Shown here in pieces: positions 9,317-19,926 of a DNA stretch of 56,820 nt. The DNA comes from an uncultured Spirochaetales bacterium (GTDB taxonomy: Bacteria > Spirochaetota > Spirochaetia > JABMQR01). Each line of letters begins with the position of its first letter. Within the stretch, counting starts at the first letter, position 1. Under the pieces are notes generated by a model, which saw only the letters and a program-made list of their open reading frames with translations, was not told the origin of the DNA and searched no databases. The position numbers and the translations under genes are program-made. The stretch lies in contig CAZSBC010000002.1 of assembly GCA_964605195.1 (NCBI GenBank), positions 3,450 through 60,269 on the forward strand, given 5' to 3'.

Positions 9317-10141
9317 ATGAAGACAAGTCTGCATGGGCAGGTGACCCTGTATGCCAACATACTGACTGACGTGAGAATTGCCCAGATGTGCGGGTACAGC
9401 GGCATTGAGCTGCATACCGACAAGCTGCTGCGCTACCTTGATGCCGGCAAGACTGCCGAAGAGCTCAAGACAGCGCTGGATATCTACAGGATCGAGCCGG
9501 TTGCCATTGATATCATCGGAGATCTTGAGGTACAGGATACCGAGGGCAGGCGGAGACTCTTTGCCATGACTGAGAGACTCTGTCACGTTGCTGCAGTTAT
9601 CGGAGCGCCCACCATCCAGGTGAATCCGTTTAGTGCACTGCAGGAGTACGCAATAGATGATATCATCAGGATGACAGCTGATAATCTGCGGGCTGTTGCC
9701 GACATCGGCGCTGAGCGGGGAATCCGGTTCCAGATAGAGGGGGCTGCCTGGACTCCCATTCACACCCTGCAGCACTGTCAGGACCTGATAGCGGCAACTG
9801 ACAGGCCTAACGTCGGCCTGGTCATCGACTTCTGGCACTTCTGGGCGAGCAGGGGGGCGGAGCCGGAAGATATCAGCAGGCTGGATCCCGATATCATCTA
9901 CGGAGTGCATCTCTGTGACGGATACCGCCCCGAAGCCGGAGCCCACTGGCCGGATGAGCGTGAGCTGCGTGGATGCCTGCCCGGTGACGGGGATTTGCCT
10001 GTCAGGGAGTGGATGGATGCTGTAGCCGCAACAGGGTATAATGGGTTTGTTTCCGGTGAGTTTCTCAATCAGCGGTTATGGGAAGCTGACCTGCTCTATG
10101 TAGCAGCTGAAATGCGCCGGCGTATTGAGCAGTACATCTGA
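9317..10141 (+). CDS. IolI-like TIM-barrel inosose isomerase/epimerase family protein, copy 1
   Basis: Xylose-isomerase-like barrel. The C-terminal half (VIDFWHFW...VHLCDG...PGDGDLP...GYNGFVSGEF) follows the layout I recall for B. subtilis IolI. The start could be 9299 (TTG), 9305 or 9317; 9317 has the best SD spacing. Confidence 0.65.
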   Translation: MKTSLHGQVTLYANILTDVRIAQMCGYSGIELHTDKLLRYLDAGKTAEELKTALDIYRIEPVAIDIIGDLEVQDTEGRRRLFAMTERLCHVAAVIGAPTIQVNPFSALQEYAIDDIIRMTADNLRAVADIGAERGIRFQIEGAAWTPIHTLQHCQDLIAATDRPNVGLVIDFWHFWASRGAEPEDISRLDPDIIYGVHLCDGYRPEAGAHWPDERELRGCLPGDGDLPVREWMDAVAATGYNGFVSGEFLNQRLWEADLLYVAAEMRRRIEQYI

Positions 10142-10194
10142 TTCCTGCTGCAGGGGCAACAACCACCGGCAGCGGATAGGAAGAGGGAGTGAGC

Positions 10195-11202
10195 ATGAAA
10201 GCAACAATCAAGGATATCGCGAAGGCCGCGAATATCTCCTACTCTTCGGTTTCACGTGCGCTTAACGGCCTGAAAGGGGTAAGTGAACAGACTAGGGAGC
10301 TGGTGTTCAGGATTGCTGAGGAGATGGAGTATTCACCGAATGCGGTTGCCCGCGGGCTTGTACAGAAACAGACGGCGACGCTTGGCCTCATCCTTCCTGA
10401 CATTACCAATCCCTTCTATCCCGAGCTGGTCAGGGGAGTGGAAGAGCGGGCAAGTGCTGCCGGATACAACACCTTCTTCTGCAATACCAACTATGACCTG
10501 AAGCGGGAAGAGTCCTACATCAGGGACCTCCTTGAAAAGCGGGTTGACGGGTTGATCCTCTCACCGATTACCAGCCATACCTACTGGCTTGAGGAGCGCA
10601 ACCATATCCCGGTACCCTTCGTCTATCTCGGGAATGCCCCGAGCAGCACAAAGTACAACTATGTGATTATGGACAACAAACGGGGTGGCTACCTGGCCGC
10701 GAGAACGCTGATAGAGCGAAAATACCGCACCATAGGTTTCATTAGCGGGGTGCAGAACGGCTCAATCACCGACGGACGCTATTCTGGATATATTGAAGCG
10801 ATGAAACAGTATGGTGTCGCAATAGATGAGCGGTTCATCATTCAGGAGTCCTGGAGGCAGGAGAGCGGGTATGCCGCCCTCCACAGGATGGCAGAAAACG
10901 GCAGTCTGCCGGAGGCCGTGATTGCCGGCAACGACCTCATTGCGATGGGCGTCATGCAGGCTGCCCGGGAACGGAACATACGCATACCCCAGGAGCTGGC
11001 AATTATCGGTTTCGATGATATACCCAATGCTGCCTGGCCGGAGGTCAATCTGTCAACAATCCGCCAGCCGAAGCTGCAGATGGGTGCTGCAGCGGTGGAA
11101 ATCCTCATTGAACTGATCGCTGAGGCGGGAGAGGAGACGGCAACGCCGCATCTCAGGAGGATGATTCTCGATCCTGAACTGGTGATCAGGGGATCCTGCT
11201 GA
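10195..11202 (+). CDS. LacI-family transcriptional regulator
   Basis: N-terminal HTH ATIKDIAKAANISYSSVSRALNG followed by a periplasmic-binding-protein-like sugar-binding domain. Confidence 0.9.
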   Translation: MKATIKDIAKAANISYSSVSRALNGLKGVSEQTRELVFRIAEEMEYSPNAVARGLVQKQTATLGLILPDITNPFYPELVRGVEERASAAGYNTFFCNTNYDLKREESYIRDLLEKRVDGLILSPITSHTYWLEERNHIPVPFVYLGNAPSSTKYNYVIMDNKRGGYLAARTLIERKYRTIGFISGVQNGSITDGRYSGYIEAMKQYGVAIDERFIIQESWRQESGYAALHRMAENGSLPEAVIAGNDLIAMGVMQAARERNIRIPQELAIIGFDDIPNAAWPEVNLSTIRQPKLQMGAAAVEILIELIAEAGEETATPHLRRMILDPELVIRGSC

Positions 11203-11223
11203 AGGATTCTGAGGAGGTGACGG

Positions 11224-12225
11224 ATGGACTTTTTTCCTGAAGGACGGGAACTGGATTTCGTAGCCCTGGGACGGGCAGGTCTGGATCTCTATGCTGCCGA
11301 GCAGCAGACGGACTTCAATGACGTGCTCTCGTTCAGGAAGTTTGTAGGCGGATCTCCCGCCAATACTACCGCAATGCTTGCCAGGCTGGGAAGAGCAACG
11401 GGCTTGATCACGAAAGTTTCCGATGACCCGATCGGACGCTTTGTCATTTCATATCTCCAGTCTATCGGTACCGATACCTCACAGGTGAGATTCGATACCA
11501 GCGGGGGTAGAACCAGCCTGGTGATTACCGAGATGCGCCCGGATAAGCATGGAGCAGTGTTCTACCGCAACCGGGCATCGGACCAGCTTATTACGCCCGG
11601 GGAGATTGAAGAGAACTACATTGCCCGGGCAGCCGCACTGATCGTTTCGGGAGTCTCATTTTCCGAAAGCCCGGGACGGGAGGCTGCTTTTGCAGCCATC
11701 GAGTATGCCAGGCGAGCGGGGACGAAGGTTGTCCTGGATCTGGATTACCGTCCGAACTCCTGGGATTCTCCCTATGAAACGGCGATTTATCTGGGGATGG
11801 CGGCCGAAAAGGCAGATATTCTCTGCGGGGACAGGAGCGAATATGCCGCCCTAAACTGGCTGCTCTTCCCTGATGCGGAGAACAATCCGGGAGAGTCGGT
11901 CCTGCCCTGGCTTGAGCGGGGCTGTGCCCTGGCGCTCTACAAGCAGGGCGGTGAACGGGGTGCCGTTGCTTATGCTGGTGATGGAGAGCGGTATGCCGGG
12001 CCGCTGTACCGCGTCCCGGCGGTAAAGCCATTCGGTGCAGGAGATGCCTACCTGGGAACCGTCCTGCACGTTCTCATGCGCTGCTGGGATATTCCCGCAG
12101 CAATGGATAAGGGGGCGGCGGCGGCAAGTATTGTCATCGCAAGAGAGAGCTGCAGTGCCGCATCGCCCACAGAAGAGGAAATAGAAACGTTTATAGTAGA
12201 ATACCAAGGAGAGAAAGATGCCTAA
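11224..12225 (+). CDS. iolC: 5-dehydro-2-deoxygluconokinase (PfkB family)
   Basis: LDFVALGRAGLDLYAAEQ...FRKFVGGSPANT N-terminus typical of IolC, and C-terminal PfkB motif GAGDAY. SD GAGGAGG. This is the only copy in the window. Confidence 0.85.
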   Translation: MDFFPEGRELDFVALGRAGLDLYAAEQQTDFNDVLSFRKFVGGSPANTTAMLARLGRATGLITKVSDDPIGRFVISYLQSIGTDTSQVRFDTSGGRTSLVITEMRPDKHGAVFYRNRASDQLITPGEIEENYIARAAALIVSGVSFSESPGREAAFAAIEYARRAGTKVVLDLDYRPNSWDSPYETAIYLGMAAEKADILCGDRSEYAALNWLLFPDAENNPGESVLPWLERGCALALYKQGGERGAVAYAGDGERYAGPLYRVPAVKPFGAGDAYLGTVLHVLMRCWDIPAAMDKGAAAASIVIARESCSAASPTEEEIETFIVEYQGEKDA

Positions 12226-13063
12226 ACACATTCCGCCGTATGAAAACTTCAACCGACCGATTATTGATACCGGAGATCCTCTGGTTCCACGCTGCTACCT
12301 CAACGTTGTCAGGCTGCGGGCCGGGGAACAGTACAGCTATCGTCTTGAGGAGTATGAATCAGTCTGTGTCGGTGCGGCAGGCACCTTCGATATTGCAGTC
12401 GACGGTGAGCAGTTCACCAATGTCGGTCTCCGGGACCACATCTTCGGCGGAAGGCCTGATTCGGTCTATGTGCCCCTTGGCAGTCAGGCTGTGCTGACGG
12501 GGGTCAGCGAAACGTCAATGATCCTGGTGGCGGGAGGCCGGTATGAAGAGAAGCTCAAGCCATTTCGGGTAACCCCGGAGGATGTGGATAAAGTTCAGTA
12601 CGGGTCTGATGACACGAAGACCCATAGGAAGATACTCCATATCCTCGGACAGAAGAACCGTGAAAGGGTGGGACGTCTGCTTGTCAGCGAGCTCTTTACC
12701 GTTGGAGCAGGCGGCTGGTCGGGGTTTCCCCCGCACAAGCATGATGAGGATGTCGAGGGGGTCGAGTCGGCTTTTGAGGAGGTCTACTACTTTGCCTTCA
12801 ATCCCGGGAATGGGTTCGGTGCCCAGTTTGCCTATGTGCACGATGATGATCTCGGACCGGTCTATCATATCAAGAACGGCAGCACCATCCTGCTGGACCG
12901 GGGCTACCACCCCGTCTGCGTTGCCCCGGGCTATGAGATGTACTACTTCACCATTCTCGTCGGGAAGACACAGAAGGCCCTGAAGCAGAATTTCGAGCAG
13001 GCTCATGAGTACCAGGTACACACCATTCCCGGTCTCAAGGATATGATCTCAAAATTCAAATAA
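12218..13063 (+). CDS. iolB: 5-deoxy-glucuronate isomerase, copy 1
   Basis: 281-aa cupin protein with the FPPHKHDE motif. It overlaps the iolC stop by 8 nt. Confidence 0.85.
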   Translation: MPKHIPPYENFNRPIIDTGDPLVPRCYLNVVRLRAGEQYSYRLEEYESVCVGAAGTFDIAVDGEQFTNVGLRDHIFGGRPDSVYVPLGSQAVLTGVSETSMILVAGGRYEEKLKPFRVTPEDVDKVQYGSDDTKTHRKILHILGQKNRERVGRLLVSELFTVGAGGWSGFPPHKHDEDVEGVESAFEEVYYFAFNPGNGFGAQFAYVHDDDLGPVYHIKNGSTILLDRGYHPVCVAPGYEMYYFTILVGKTQKALKQNFEQAHEYQVHTIPGLKDMISKFK

Positions 13064-13087
13064 CGGTACTGCTGTGCAGTAATCTAG

Positions 13088-14101
13088 TTACAGCTGTTTC
13101 AGCTCTCCGCTCTCGAAGGCCTCTTTGCAGCCGTAGGCTATCTCTGTCACCCTGGTACCGTCAGATACCGAGACTTCAGGTGTTCGGTTCTCCAGGATGC
13201 AGCTGATGAACTCCCCGATCTCGTTGACATAGGATGAGGCAAAGCGTTCGAGGAAGTTCTCGCTGCACTCCTTGCGTACACCGGTCTGGTCAATCACCTC
13301 CACGAGGTTCTTCTGGGGTACCGAGGCGATACGGAGGATCCCCTCTGTGCCTATGATCTCGGTCTCCACGTTGTAGCCGTGCGGTGCCGTACGGCCCGCA
13401 AAGAGGAACGCCATGGCATCATTCCTGAATTTCATCAGGCAGGATACGTTATCGCCATCATTGTAGCGGGCAAATTCCGGATGGGCATAACAGCCCCCGA
13501 TGGCATAGACAGAGGCCGGCTCGTCCTGCAGGAACCAGCGGGCAAGGTCTATGTCATGCACCGCCATGTCCAGGAACTCCCCGCCACTGTGGGGGGCGAA
13601 GGCAATCGCACCGTCAATGAATTTCTCGGGATCCTGGCTGTAGGACCTGAAGAGGATCGGCCTGCCGATCTCCCCGGCAACAACCTTGTCATGGGCATAC
13701 ATGTATGACTCGTCAAATCTGCGCATGAATCCCAGCATGAAGACCCTGTCGGGATGTTTCTTGACAGCCGCCTCTGCCTGGCGGCACTCTGCGATCGAGA
13801 CACCGAGCGGCTTCTCGGAGAATACATGCTTGCCGGCATCGAGGGCGGCGGCAATCTGGCTGGTATGAAGACTTGAAGGGGATGCAATCACCACCGCATC
13901 GAGTTCCTCAAGGGCAATCATCTCCTCAAAGGAGGTAAAGCGGTGCGGGACCAGCAGCCTGTCGGCAGTTTGGTGGAGAAGCTGCTCGTTGAGGTCGCAC
14001 AGAGCGGTAAGTTCCGCATGAACAAATTTCGTTGCTATGTTCTCGGCATGCCGCAGGCCTAGACGGCCCAGGCCCACCGATCCGATTCGTACTCTCTTCA
14101 T
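13088..14101 (-). CDS. iolG: inositol 2-dehydrogenase family (Gfo/Idh/MocA, 337 aa, canonical IolG size)
   Basis: RIGSVGLGRLG Rossmann motif, VFSEKP, GFMRRFD. It is the last gene of the minus-strand iol operon. Confidence 0.7.
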   Translation of the reverse strand: MKRVRIGSVGLGRLGLRHAENIATKFVHAELTALCDLNEQLLHQTADRLLVPHRFTSFEEMIALEELDAVVIASPSSLHTSQIAAALDAGKHVFSEKPLGVSIAECRQAEAAVKKHPDRVFMLGFMRRFDESYMYAHDKVVAGEIGRPILFRSYSQDPEKFIDGAIAFAPHSGGEFLDMAVHDIDLARWFLQDEPASVYAIGGCYAHPEFARYNDGDNVSCLMKFRNDAMAFLFAGRTAPHGYNVETEIIGTEGILRIASVPQKNLVEVIDQTGVRKECSENFLERFASSYVNEIGEFISCILENRTPEVSVSDGTRVTEIAYGCKEAFESGELKQL

Positions 14102-14122
14102 GATGTAGCTCCCCTGTACAGA

Positions 14123-16057
14123 TCAGTATTTCCGGGCAATCTCGAGCTGCCGTTCCATCTCCCTGCGCAGCCTGATAATTTCCGGGTTCTCAGCCACTTC
14201 TGCCATGCCGACATGCCAGAACCCCTTGTAGCCTTCCGTCATGGTCTTCGGTAGAATCTTGATATCAATCAGCGTTGACATTTCCTGCTTTCTGGCATCC
14301 CTGACCGCAGCCCGCAGCTCAGCAACAGTGGTCACTGTATAGGTTCTGCAGCCGTAGGAGGCTGCATTCATGGCGAAGTCAACCTTCACGAAGGGGCCGT
14401 CAAGCTTTCCTGTTTCGGGATTGCGGTGCCGCATCTCCGTTCCGAAGTTGCCCTGGCCGTGCCCCATCTGGAGATTGTTGATGCAGCCGAAAGAGGCGTT
14501 GTCAAAGACAATTGCGTTGATTTTCTTGCCCTCCTGGATGGAGGTAGGCAGCTCCGAGTGCAGCATCATATAGGAGCCATCGCCGAGCAGTGCATATACC
14601 TCCTGATCCGGGCAGGCAAGCTTTACTCCGAGGGCGGCATTGATTTCATATCCCATGTTGGAGAATCCATACTCCATGTGGTAGGTGTTTTCCCGCTTTG
14701 CCCTCCAGACACGCTGCAGGTCACCTGGCAGCGATCCCGCCGCCCCGACCACGATGGCATCCTCCTCCAGCTCCTCATCAAGGAGGCCAAGGACCTGTGT
14801 CTGGGTGAGTCCGGTGCCGTAGCGTTCGACGAACTCAGCCAGGACGGCATCCCGTTGCCCGGCCACTTCCGGCACGAAGTCCCTGCCGGTATACTCGATT
14901 GAAAAGAGGCGTTCAAGCTCCCTGGACCAGGTTTCCCTGGCAGCGGCAACACTCCCGCCCCAGTCAGCACGGTAACCGGTATCCTCCAGGGCAGTCTGCA
15001 GGGCGACAAGGGCGACCTGTGCATCGGCAGTGACCCGGACTGCATCTAGCTTGTAGCTGTCAAAGGGGGCGATGTTTATGTTCACGAACTCTACCGACTC
15101 ATTCTGGTAGAGCCATTTCGAGGCAGTGGTGAAGTCACTGTAGCGGGTGCCTACCCCGATAACGAGATCAGCTTCCTGGGCAATGGTATTTGCTGCGAGG
15201 TTTCCTGTGGTGCCGATACCGCCGAGATTAAGCTCATGATCCCACGGGATGGCTGATTTACCGGCCTGGGTTTCGGCAAAGGGAATCCCGAATGATTCGG
15301 CGAAGCCCTTCAGGGCACCGGCTGCTTCCGAATACTTCACCCCGCCGCCGCAGATCAGCAACGGCTTCCTGCTCCGGCTGATAGCAGCTACAGCATCGCT
15401 GATCATCTCTGGGGTTGGAGGTCTCCGCTCGATACGATGGACCCGTTTCCTGAAAAACGATTCGGGGTAGCCAAAGGCCTCTCCCTCCACATCCTGCGGA
15501 AGTGCGACTGTGACTGCACCGGTATCGGCGGGATCGGCAAGTACCCGCATCGCGTTTATCATGGCACTCATCAGCTGCTCGGGACGGCTTACCCTGTCCC
15601 AGTACTGGCTGACAGCCTTGAAGGAGTCATTGACCGTGACGGTGTAGTCATTGAAGCGTTCGACCTGCTGCAGGACGGGATCCGGCTGCCGGGTGGCAAA
15701 CTGGTCACCCGGCAGGAAGAGGACGGGAATACGGTTTGCCGTTGCATTGGCCGCTGCCGTTACCATGTTGGCGGCTCCGGGGCCGATAGATGAAGTGCAG
15801 GCGTACATCTGCCTGCGCAGCATCTGCTTGGCAAAGCCCATTGCCGCAAGCCCCATGCCCTGCTCATTTCTTCCCTGGTGAACAATCAGATCCCCCGGGT
15901 TCTCCTCCAGGGCCTGTCCGAGACCGAGCACATTCCCGTGCCCGAAGATGGTAAACATGCCCCTGAACATCTTCTGCTGCTTCCCGTCGAACTCAATCCA
16001 CTGGTTGTCAAGGAATTGAACCAGTGCCTGGGCTACGGTCAATCGTATCGTCTTCAT
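14123..16057 (-). CDS. iolD: 3D-(3,5/4)-trihydroxycyclohexane-1,2-dione acylhydrolase, copy 2
   Basis: [30 protein letters not shown]...; about 60% identical by eye to copy 1 over the first 60 aa. The ORF-track extension to 16189 overlaps iolB and is rejected. Confidence 0.9.
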   Translation of the reverse strand: MKTIRLTVAQALVQFLDNQWIEFDGKQQKMFRGMFTIFGHGNVLGLGQALEENPGDLIVHQGRNEQGMGLAAMGFAKQMLRRQMYACTSSIGPGAANMVTAAANATANRIPVLFLPGDQFATRQPDPVLQQVERFNDYTVTVNDSFKAVSQYWDRVSRPEQLMSAMINAMRVLADPADTGAVTVALPQDVEGEAFGYPESFFRKRVHRIERRPPTPEMISDAVAAISRSRKPLLICGGGVKYSEAAGALKGFAESFGIPFAETQAGKSAIPWDHELNLGGIGTTGNLAANTIAQEADLVIGVGTRYSDFTTASKWLYQNESVEFVNINIAPFDSYKLDAVRVTADAQVALVALQTALEDTGYRADWGGSVAAARETWSRELERLFSIEYTGRDFVPEVAGQRDAVLAEFVERYGTGLTQTQVLGLLDEELEEDAIVVGAAGSLPGDLQRVWRAKRENTYHMEYGFSNMGYEINAALGVKLACPDQEVYALLGDGSYMMLHSELPTSIQEGKKINAIVFDNASFGCINNLQMGHGQGNFGTEMRHRNPETGKLDGPFVKVDFAMNAASYGCRTYTVTTVAELRAAVRDARKQEMSTLIDIKILPKTMTEGYKGFWHVGMAEVAENPEIIRLRREMERQLEIARKY

Positions 16058-16076
16058 CGCATCAACTCCTGTATGG

Positions 16077-16895
16077 TTATCGCTCTTCTTCCCCGGTATA
16101 GCTTCTCTCCGGCCAGATAGCCACGCCCGGTTCAAGCAGCCACTTGTGATCTTCCACATAGTAGCGGGTCGTAGGCAGCCAGCGGTCATGTTCGAGGTGG
16201 GGAATCATCCAGATATAGTACATGGCGTAGCCGGCTGCCGCCACCTGGGAGTGGGTGACATCGGGACTGATGAGGGAGGTGTCACCGTTCCGGACATAGT
16301 GGGGGGTCTCCCCGAGCAGGGAGATCCCGAAGCCCTGCTCGGGAAAGAAGCGGTAGTGGTAGATCTCCGGCTGGGGATGATCATGGGGCGGGTAGCTTGA
16401 CCATTTACCGGGGTGGTTGATCACCTCTCCGAGCACCATGTTCGATTCGGGAGCAAGCTCTCCGTCAAATACTGTCCGGACAGTCCGTATCGATGCTTCA
16501 TTGAGCGCTCCGGCCCCGAAGACATCGCACCTGATATCTTCCTTGGCGTAGAACCGGGGGGTGAAAAGCTTCCTGTTCCTACAGGATTCCACCCCGATTT
16601 CGCACGCTTCGAGGGCTTTGATGGTCACTGCCATCCCTTGGGGAACGTGCAGCACCACCGGGTTCTCATCAAAGCAGGATACTCTGCTCCCCGAGGCTTT
16701 CTGACCCTCCCAGCTGAATTCGACGCTGCCCCTGATAAGAATCCAGGCCCGTTCGAGCGCTTCGGAATCCTCCCGGCTCTCCCCAGCTGCCAGTTTCAGG
16801 ATACCGAAGTTCAGCAGCATTGAACCATGCTTGCCGTCAATCTCGGTTATCGCGGTATACCCGTTGGAAAAAGCTCCTTCCTGTCGTACTACCAT
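16077..16895 (-). CDS. iolB: 5-deoxy-glucuronate isomerase, copy 2
   Basis: 272-aa cupin protein with [14 protein letters not shown], equivalent to the FPPHKHDE region of copy 1. Confidence 0.8.
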   Translation of the reverse strand: MVVRQEGAFSNGYTAITEIDGKHGSMLLNFGILKLAAGESREDSEALERAWILIRGSVEFSWEGQKASGSRVSCFDENPVVLHVPQGMAVTIKALEACEIGVESCRNRKLFTPRFYAKEDIRCDVFGAGALNEASIRTVRTVFDGELAPESNMVLGEVINHPGKWSSYPPHDHPQPEIYHYRFFPEQGFGISLLGETPHYVRNGDTSLISPDVTHSQVAAAGYAMYYIWMIPHLEHDRWLPTTRYYVEDHKWLLEPGVAIWPERSYTGEEER

Positions 16896-16921
16896 AATAA
16901 TCTCCCCTGCGGTCTGGCCGC

Positions 16922-17812
16922 CTACAATCCTGTCTGTGCCCTGATATACTCCCTTCCCATCTTCGCATAGGAGAAGGGGTTTGCCACCGCCGGGTCCTGT
17001 TCTGCCTCAACTACCATCCAGCCTGAGTAGTTGTACTCGTCAAGTACCGCAAAGATGGCGGGGAAATCGATATCACCGTCCCCGGGAACGGTGAATACGC
17101 CCTTCCTGACAGCTCCAAGAAAGGAGAGGTCAGCCCGCTTCACCTGCGCATAGATAGCAGAGCGCATATCCTTGAGGTGCACATGGCCGATGCGTGAGAC
17201 GTACCGCTTCACGGCAGTCACCGGGTCATCCCCTGCAAAGGCGAAGTGGCCGGCATCGTAGAGCAGGTGCACATATTCCGGCTTTGTGTCATTGAGGAAC
17301 CTGTCGGTCTCCTCCATGGTCTGCACGCCAGTTCCCATATGGTGGTGATAGCAGAGCTTCATCCCCTCATCGGCGGCAATTTTACCCAGATAGTTCATCC
17401 CCTCGGTTACCTTCCTGAACTCTTCAGGAGTGAATACGGCTTTACCGCTGAAGATGGAGACATCCTTTCCCTGACAGGAGCGGGTCTGCTCCGATGGCCC
17501 GATCACTGCTGCGCCAACCTTCTTGAGAAAGAAGAGCTGAGACCTGAACTTCGCCTCCACATCAGCAAGGGTCCGTGAGGCAAGGTAAGAGCTGAACCAC
17601 TGGTTGCAGATCGTCAGGCCGCGTATGTCCAGGAAACTTTTAAGTATATCTGGATCCGATGGGTACTTCCGTCCCACCTCGGACCCGGTATATCCCGCCA
17701 GGGCCATCTCACTGATGCACTGCTCAAAGGTATTCTCCTTCCCAAGATCAGGCATGTCATCATTTGTCCACCCGATGGGTGCCATTCCAATTTTCACTCT
17801 GCCACTATGCAT
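16922..17812 (-). CDS. iolE: myo-inosose-2 dehydratase, copy 2
   Basis: KIGMAPIGWTNDDMPDLGKENTFEQCISEMALAGYTGSE and YHHHMGTGVQT. ATG at 17812 has SD AAAGAGGAG; the ORF-track start at 17833 is TTG. Confidence 0.9.
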   Translation of the reverse strand: MHSGRVKIGMAPIGWTNDDMPDLGKENTFEQCISEMALAGYTGSEVGRKYPSDPDILKSFLDIRGLTICNQWFSSYLASRTLADVEAKFRSQLFFLKKVGAAVIGPSEQTRSCQGKDVSIFSGKAVFTPEEFRKVTEGMNYLGKIAADEGMKLCYHHHMGTGVQTMEETDRFLNDTKPEYVHLLYDAGHFAFAGDDPVTAVKRYVSRIGHVHLKDMRSAIYAQVKRADLSFLGAVRKGVFTVPGDGDIDFPAIFAVLDEYNYSGWMVVEAEQDPAVANPFSYAKMGREYIRAQTGL

Positions 17813-17845
17813 AGCGGGACTCCTCTTTCTCAATTATCCTGCAAC

Positions 17846-18868
17846 TCATACAGAGATTTTCTGTACGGTTTCCTTCCTGCCCGATTTGAGGGATGCAAGC
17901 GCAGCTTCGGCAATCAGCACCGGCTGCAGGCCGTCGAATCCAGTGACAGGGACCGCCTCGCCTTTCTGGAGGGCTGTGATAAAGGACTTTACCTCATCTA
18001 CATAGGCCCCGGTATAGCGTTGGAGGAAGAAATGATACGGCTTCTGACCGATGACCCCGTTGGCCGTGCTCAGAACGGCTGTATGCGCAGCATCGTTGCC
18101 TGTGGCCGAAGCACCCTCTGATCCGAACACCTCGGCCCGCTGGTCATAGCCGTAGGCAGCCCGGCGAGAATTGTCGATGACAGCCAGGGCCCCGTTTTCC
18201 AGCTCCATGGTGATGACGGCGGTATCGATATCCCCAGCTTCACCGATGGCTTTGTCGACGAGAACTGTCCCGCTGGCATATACATTGGCAACTTCGCTGC
18301 CGGAGAGGAACCGCACCATATCGAAGTCATGAATGGTCATGTCCATGAACATTCCGCCCGAGACCTTGACATACTCTATGGGAGGGGCTTCCGGGTCCCG
18401 GGAGGTTATCCTGATCACATGCAGGTCGCCGATCTCCCGATCTGCAACCGCTGACCGAAGGGCCTTGAAATTGTGGTCGAAACGGCGGTTGAAACCGACC
18501 TGCAGCTGCACCCCGGCCTCAGCGACGATCCGCAGTGTCTTGACAATCTCCTCAACGTCATGGTCTATCGGCTTCTCGCAGAAAATGTGTTTGCCGGCAA
18601 GGGCTGCTTCCCTGGTGATCTTTGCATGCGTATCGGTGGATGAACAGACAAGCACGGCATCGATTTCCGGGTCCCTGAGGATATCGGTGTAATCGAGGGA
18701 TACGTTGGCAATCCCATACTCCGCTATCCACCCCCTGGCAGCATCAGAGAGATAGGGGTCTGCAATGCTGCGTACTTCAGCCTCCGGAATGAAGTACTGA
18801 ATATTCTTCGCATGAACGCCGGCGATCCTGCCGGCCCCGATAATTCCCAGTTGCATCTTCTTTGACAT
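17846..18868 (-). CDS. iolG: inositol dehydrogenase family (Gfo/Idh/MocA, 340 aa)
   Basis: LGIIGAGRIAGVHA, IFCEKP, GFNRRFD. SD GAGGAG. Stereospecificity (myo/scyllo/chiro) cannot be told from the sequence alone. Confidence 0.65.
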   Translation of the reverse strand: MSKKMQLGIIGAGRIAGVHAKNIQYFIPEAEVRSIADPYLSDAARGWIAEYGIANVSLDYTDILRDPEIDAVLVCSSTDTHAKITREAALAGKHIFCEKPIDHDVEEIVKTLRIVAEAGVQLQVGFNRRFDHNFKALRSAVADREIGDLHVIRITSRDPEAPPIEYVKVSGGMFMDMTIHDFDMVRFLSGSEVANVYASGTVLVDKAIGEAGDIDTAVITMELENGALAVIDNSRRAAYGYDQRAEVFGSEGASATGNDAAHTAVLSTANGVIGQKPYHFFLQRYTGAYVDEVKSFITALQKGEAVPVTGFDGLQPVLIAEAALASLKSGRKETVQKISV

Positions 18869-18918
18869 ATGCTCTCCTCATCCGGTGCATCGCTGCACCT
18901 GGTATCCGTTATATATTG

Positions 18919-19740
18919 CTATCCCAGCAGGTATGCAAGACTTGCCTTGAGATGGTTCTCAACCTCTTTTTCCGACAGCTCCTGTACCTCGCGTGAGAAC
19001 GGCTCATATGATATTGGACCGTTGTACCCCTTTGCAACCATCGCTGCGATCTGTTCCCGGTTCTGCATGCAGTCATCTGCAGTAACGAAGATGCGGTCGT
19101 CATCGGTGATCTCTGACTGCCTCTTCCCGGGACGTACCCCTGAGGTGTGTATCAGCCCGGTCTCTTCGGGAAAAAGTTCCTTTTCTCCGCTGAGGTAGTG
19201 GTGAAAGGTGTCATGGACAATACCGTACAGCTTTTTCAGCCCGCTACTCCGGATGGCATCGGCTGCCTGCCGTTTATATCGCATACTGCAGATCGGGAAC
19301 CCAAGCGGTTCGAGCAGGGCGGTGACAGCATGCTGCCTGAGGGTTGGGGCGTAACAGTGCAGGGCCGCAACAAGGTCCCCCTGCTGCTCTGCCGCACTGC
19401 GCCGATCTTCAGGATCGTTTACCGGGCAGAAGATGATCTTTGTGCAGTTCACCTGTTTTGCCTCGTATATGAGCTGCCCGAGCTCGATGATTTTCTTCTC
19501 GAAAAGCTGCGGGTCGTTGAAGCGCTGCATGGCGTTGACTGTCAGGATCCTGACCCCGGTCTCCCTTGAGGCTGCCATGATGTCGGAAGCCGATTCGCCT
19601 CCGAGGACCCGCTCATCGGGCAGGTCGTTGCGTAGCTCAATCGATGAAAAACCGCAGCGGGAGGCCAGCTGCAGGAAAGCGGTTATAGAGATGGCAGGCT
19701 GCATGATTCTGTTGATTCCCAGTTCACCGTTATAATTCAT
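18919..19740 (-). CDS. IolI-like TIM-barrel inosose isomerase family protein, copy 2
   Basis: 273 aa with VHDTFHH and ITDDDRIFV...GYNGPISYEPF, resembling the IolI layout. It is the first gene of the minus-strand operon. Confidence 0.65.
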   Translation of the reverse strand: MNYNGELGINRIMQPAISITAFLQLASRCGFSSIELRNDLPDERVLGGESASDIMAASRETGVRILTVNAMQRFNDPQLFEKKIIELGQLIYEAKQVNCTKIIFCPVNDPEDRRSAAEQQGDLVAALHCYAPTLRQHAVTALLEPLGFPICSMRYKRQAADAIRSSGLKKLYGIVHDTFHHYLSGEKELFPEETGLIHTSGVRPGKRQSEITDDDRIFVTADDCMQNREQIAAMVAKGYNGPISYEPFSREVQELSEKEVENHLKASLAYLLG

Positions 19741-19926
19741 AGCACAATCACCTCTTTATACTGTAGATATTTACCAATAAATAACCCAGTGCGGTAATCC
19801 TGCGGATACGGGACGTATATCAGGAAGCAGCGTGAGTATAGTAGTGATAATAGCACAAAAAAGTAGATTGTCAACTAACTTACGTAACAAAGATGTGGTA
19901 AAAAACAAAAATGTTAAAAAACTTTG

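Noticed and set aside
8936-9946. 336-aa antisense ORF spanning the iolE/IolI-like junction. Similar long antisense ORFs occur at 21421-22140, 30666-31388, 42381-43124, 47206-47844 and 51096-51737.
   Set aside because: Each lies opposite a CDS with strong family motifs (IolE, ABC ATPases, PRC barrel, TGase, lipoprotein with SD). Their translations are low-complexity (Pro/Arg/Ser-rich) and have no SD. Long antisense frames are expected in GC-rich coding DNA.
13067-13081. Short hairpin TACTGC-tgt-GCAGTA between the convergent iolB (plus) and iolG (minus) genes, as a possible bidirectional terminator.
   Set aside because: It has only a 6-bp stem with a 3-nt loop and no U tract, which is too weak to call.
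14123-16189. ORF-track N-terminal extensions: iolD copy 2 to 16189, FGGY kinase to 3130, iolE copy 1 from 8246, CoADR to 45025, secreted protein from 45090, lptA-like to 38784, lptC-like to 39319.
   Set aside because: The extensions overlap neighbouring genes and lack SD sequences. They precede internal Met codons that match the conserved family N-termini and have good SD spacing.
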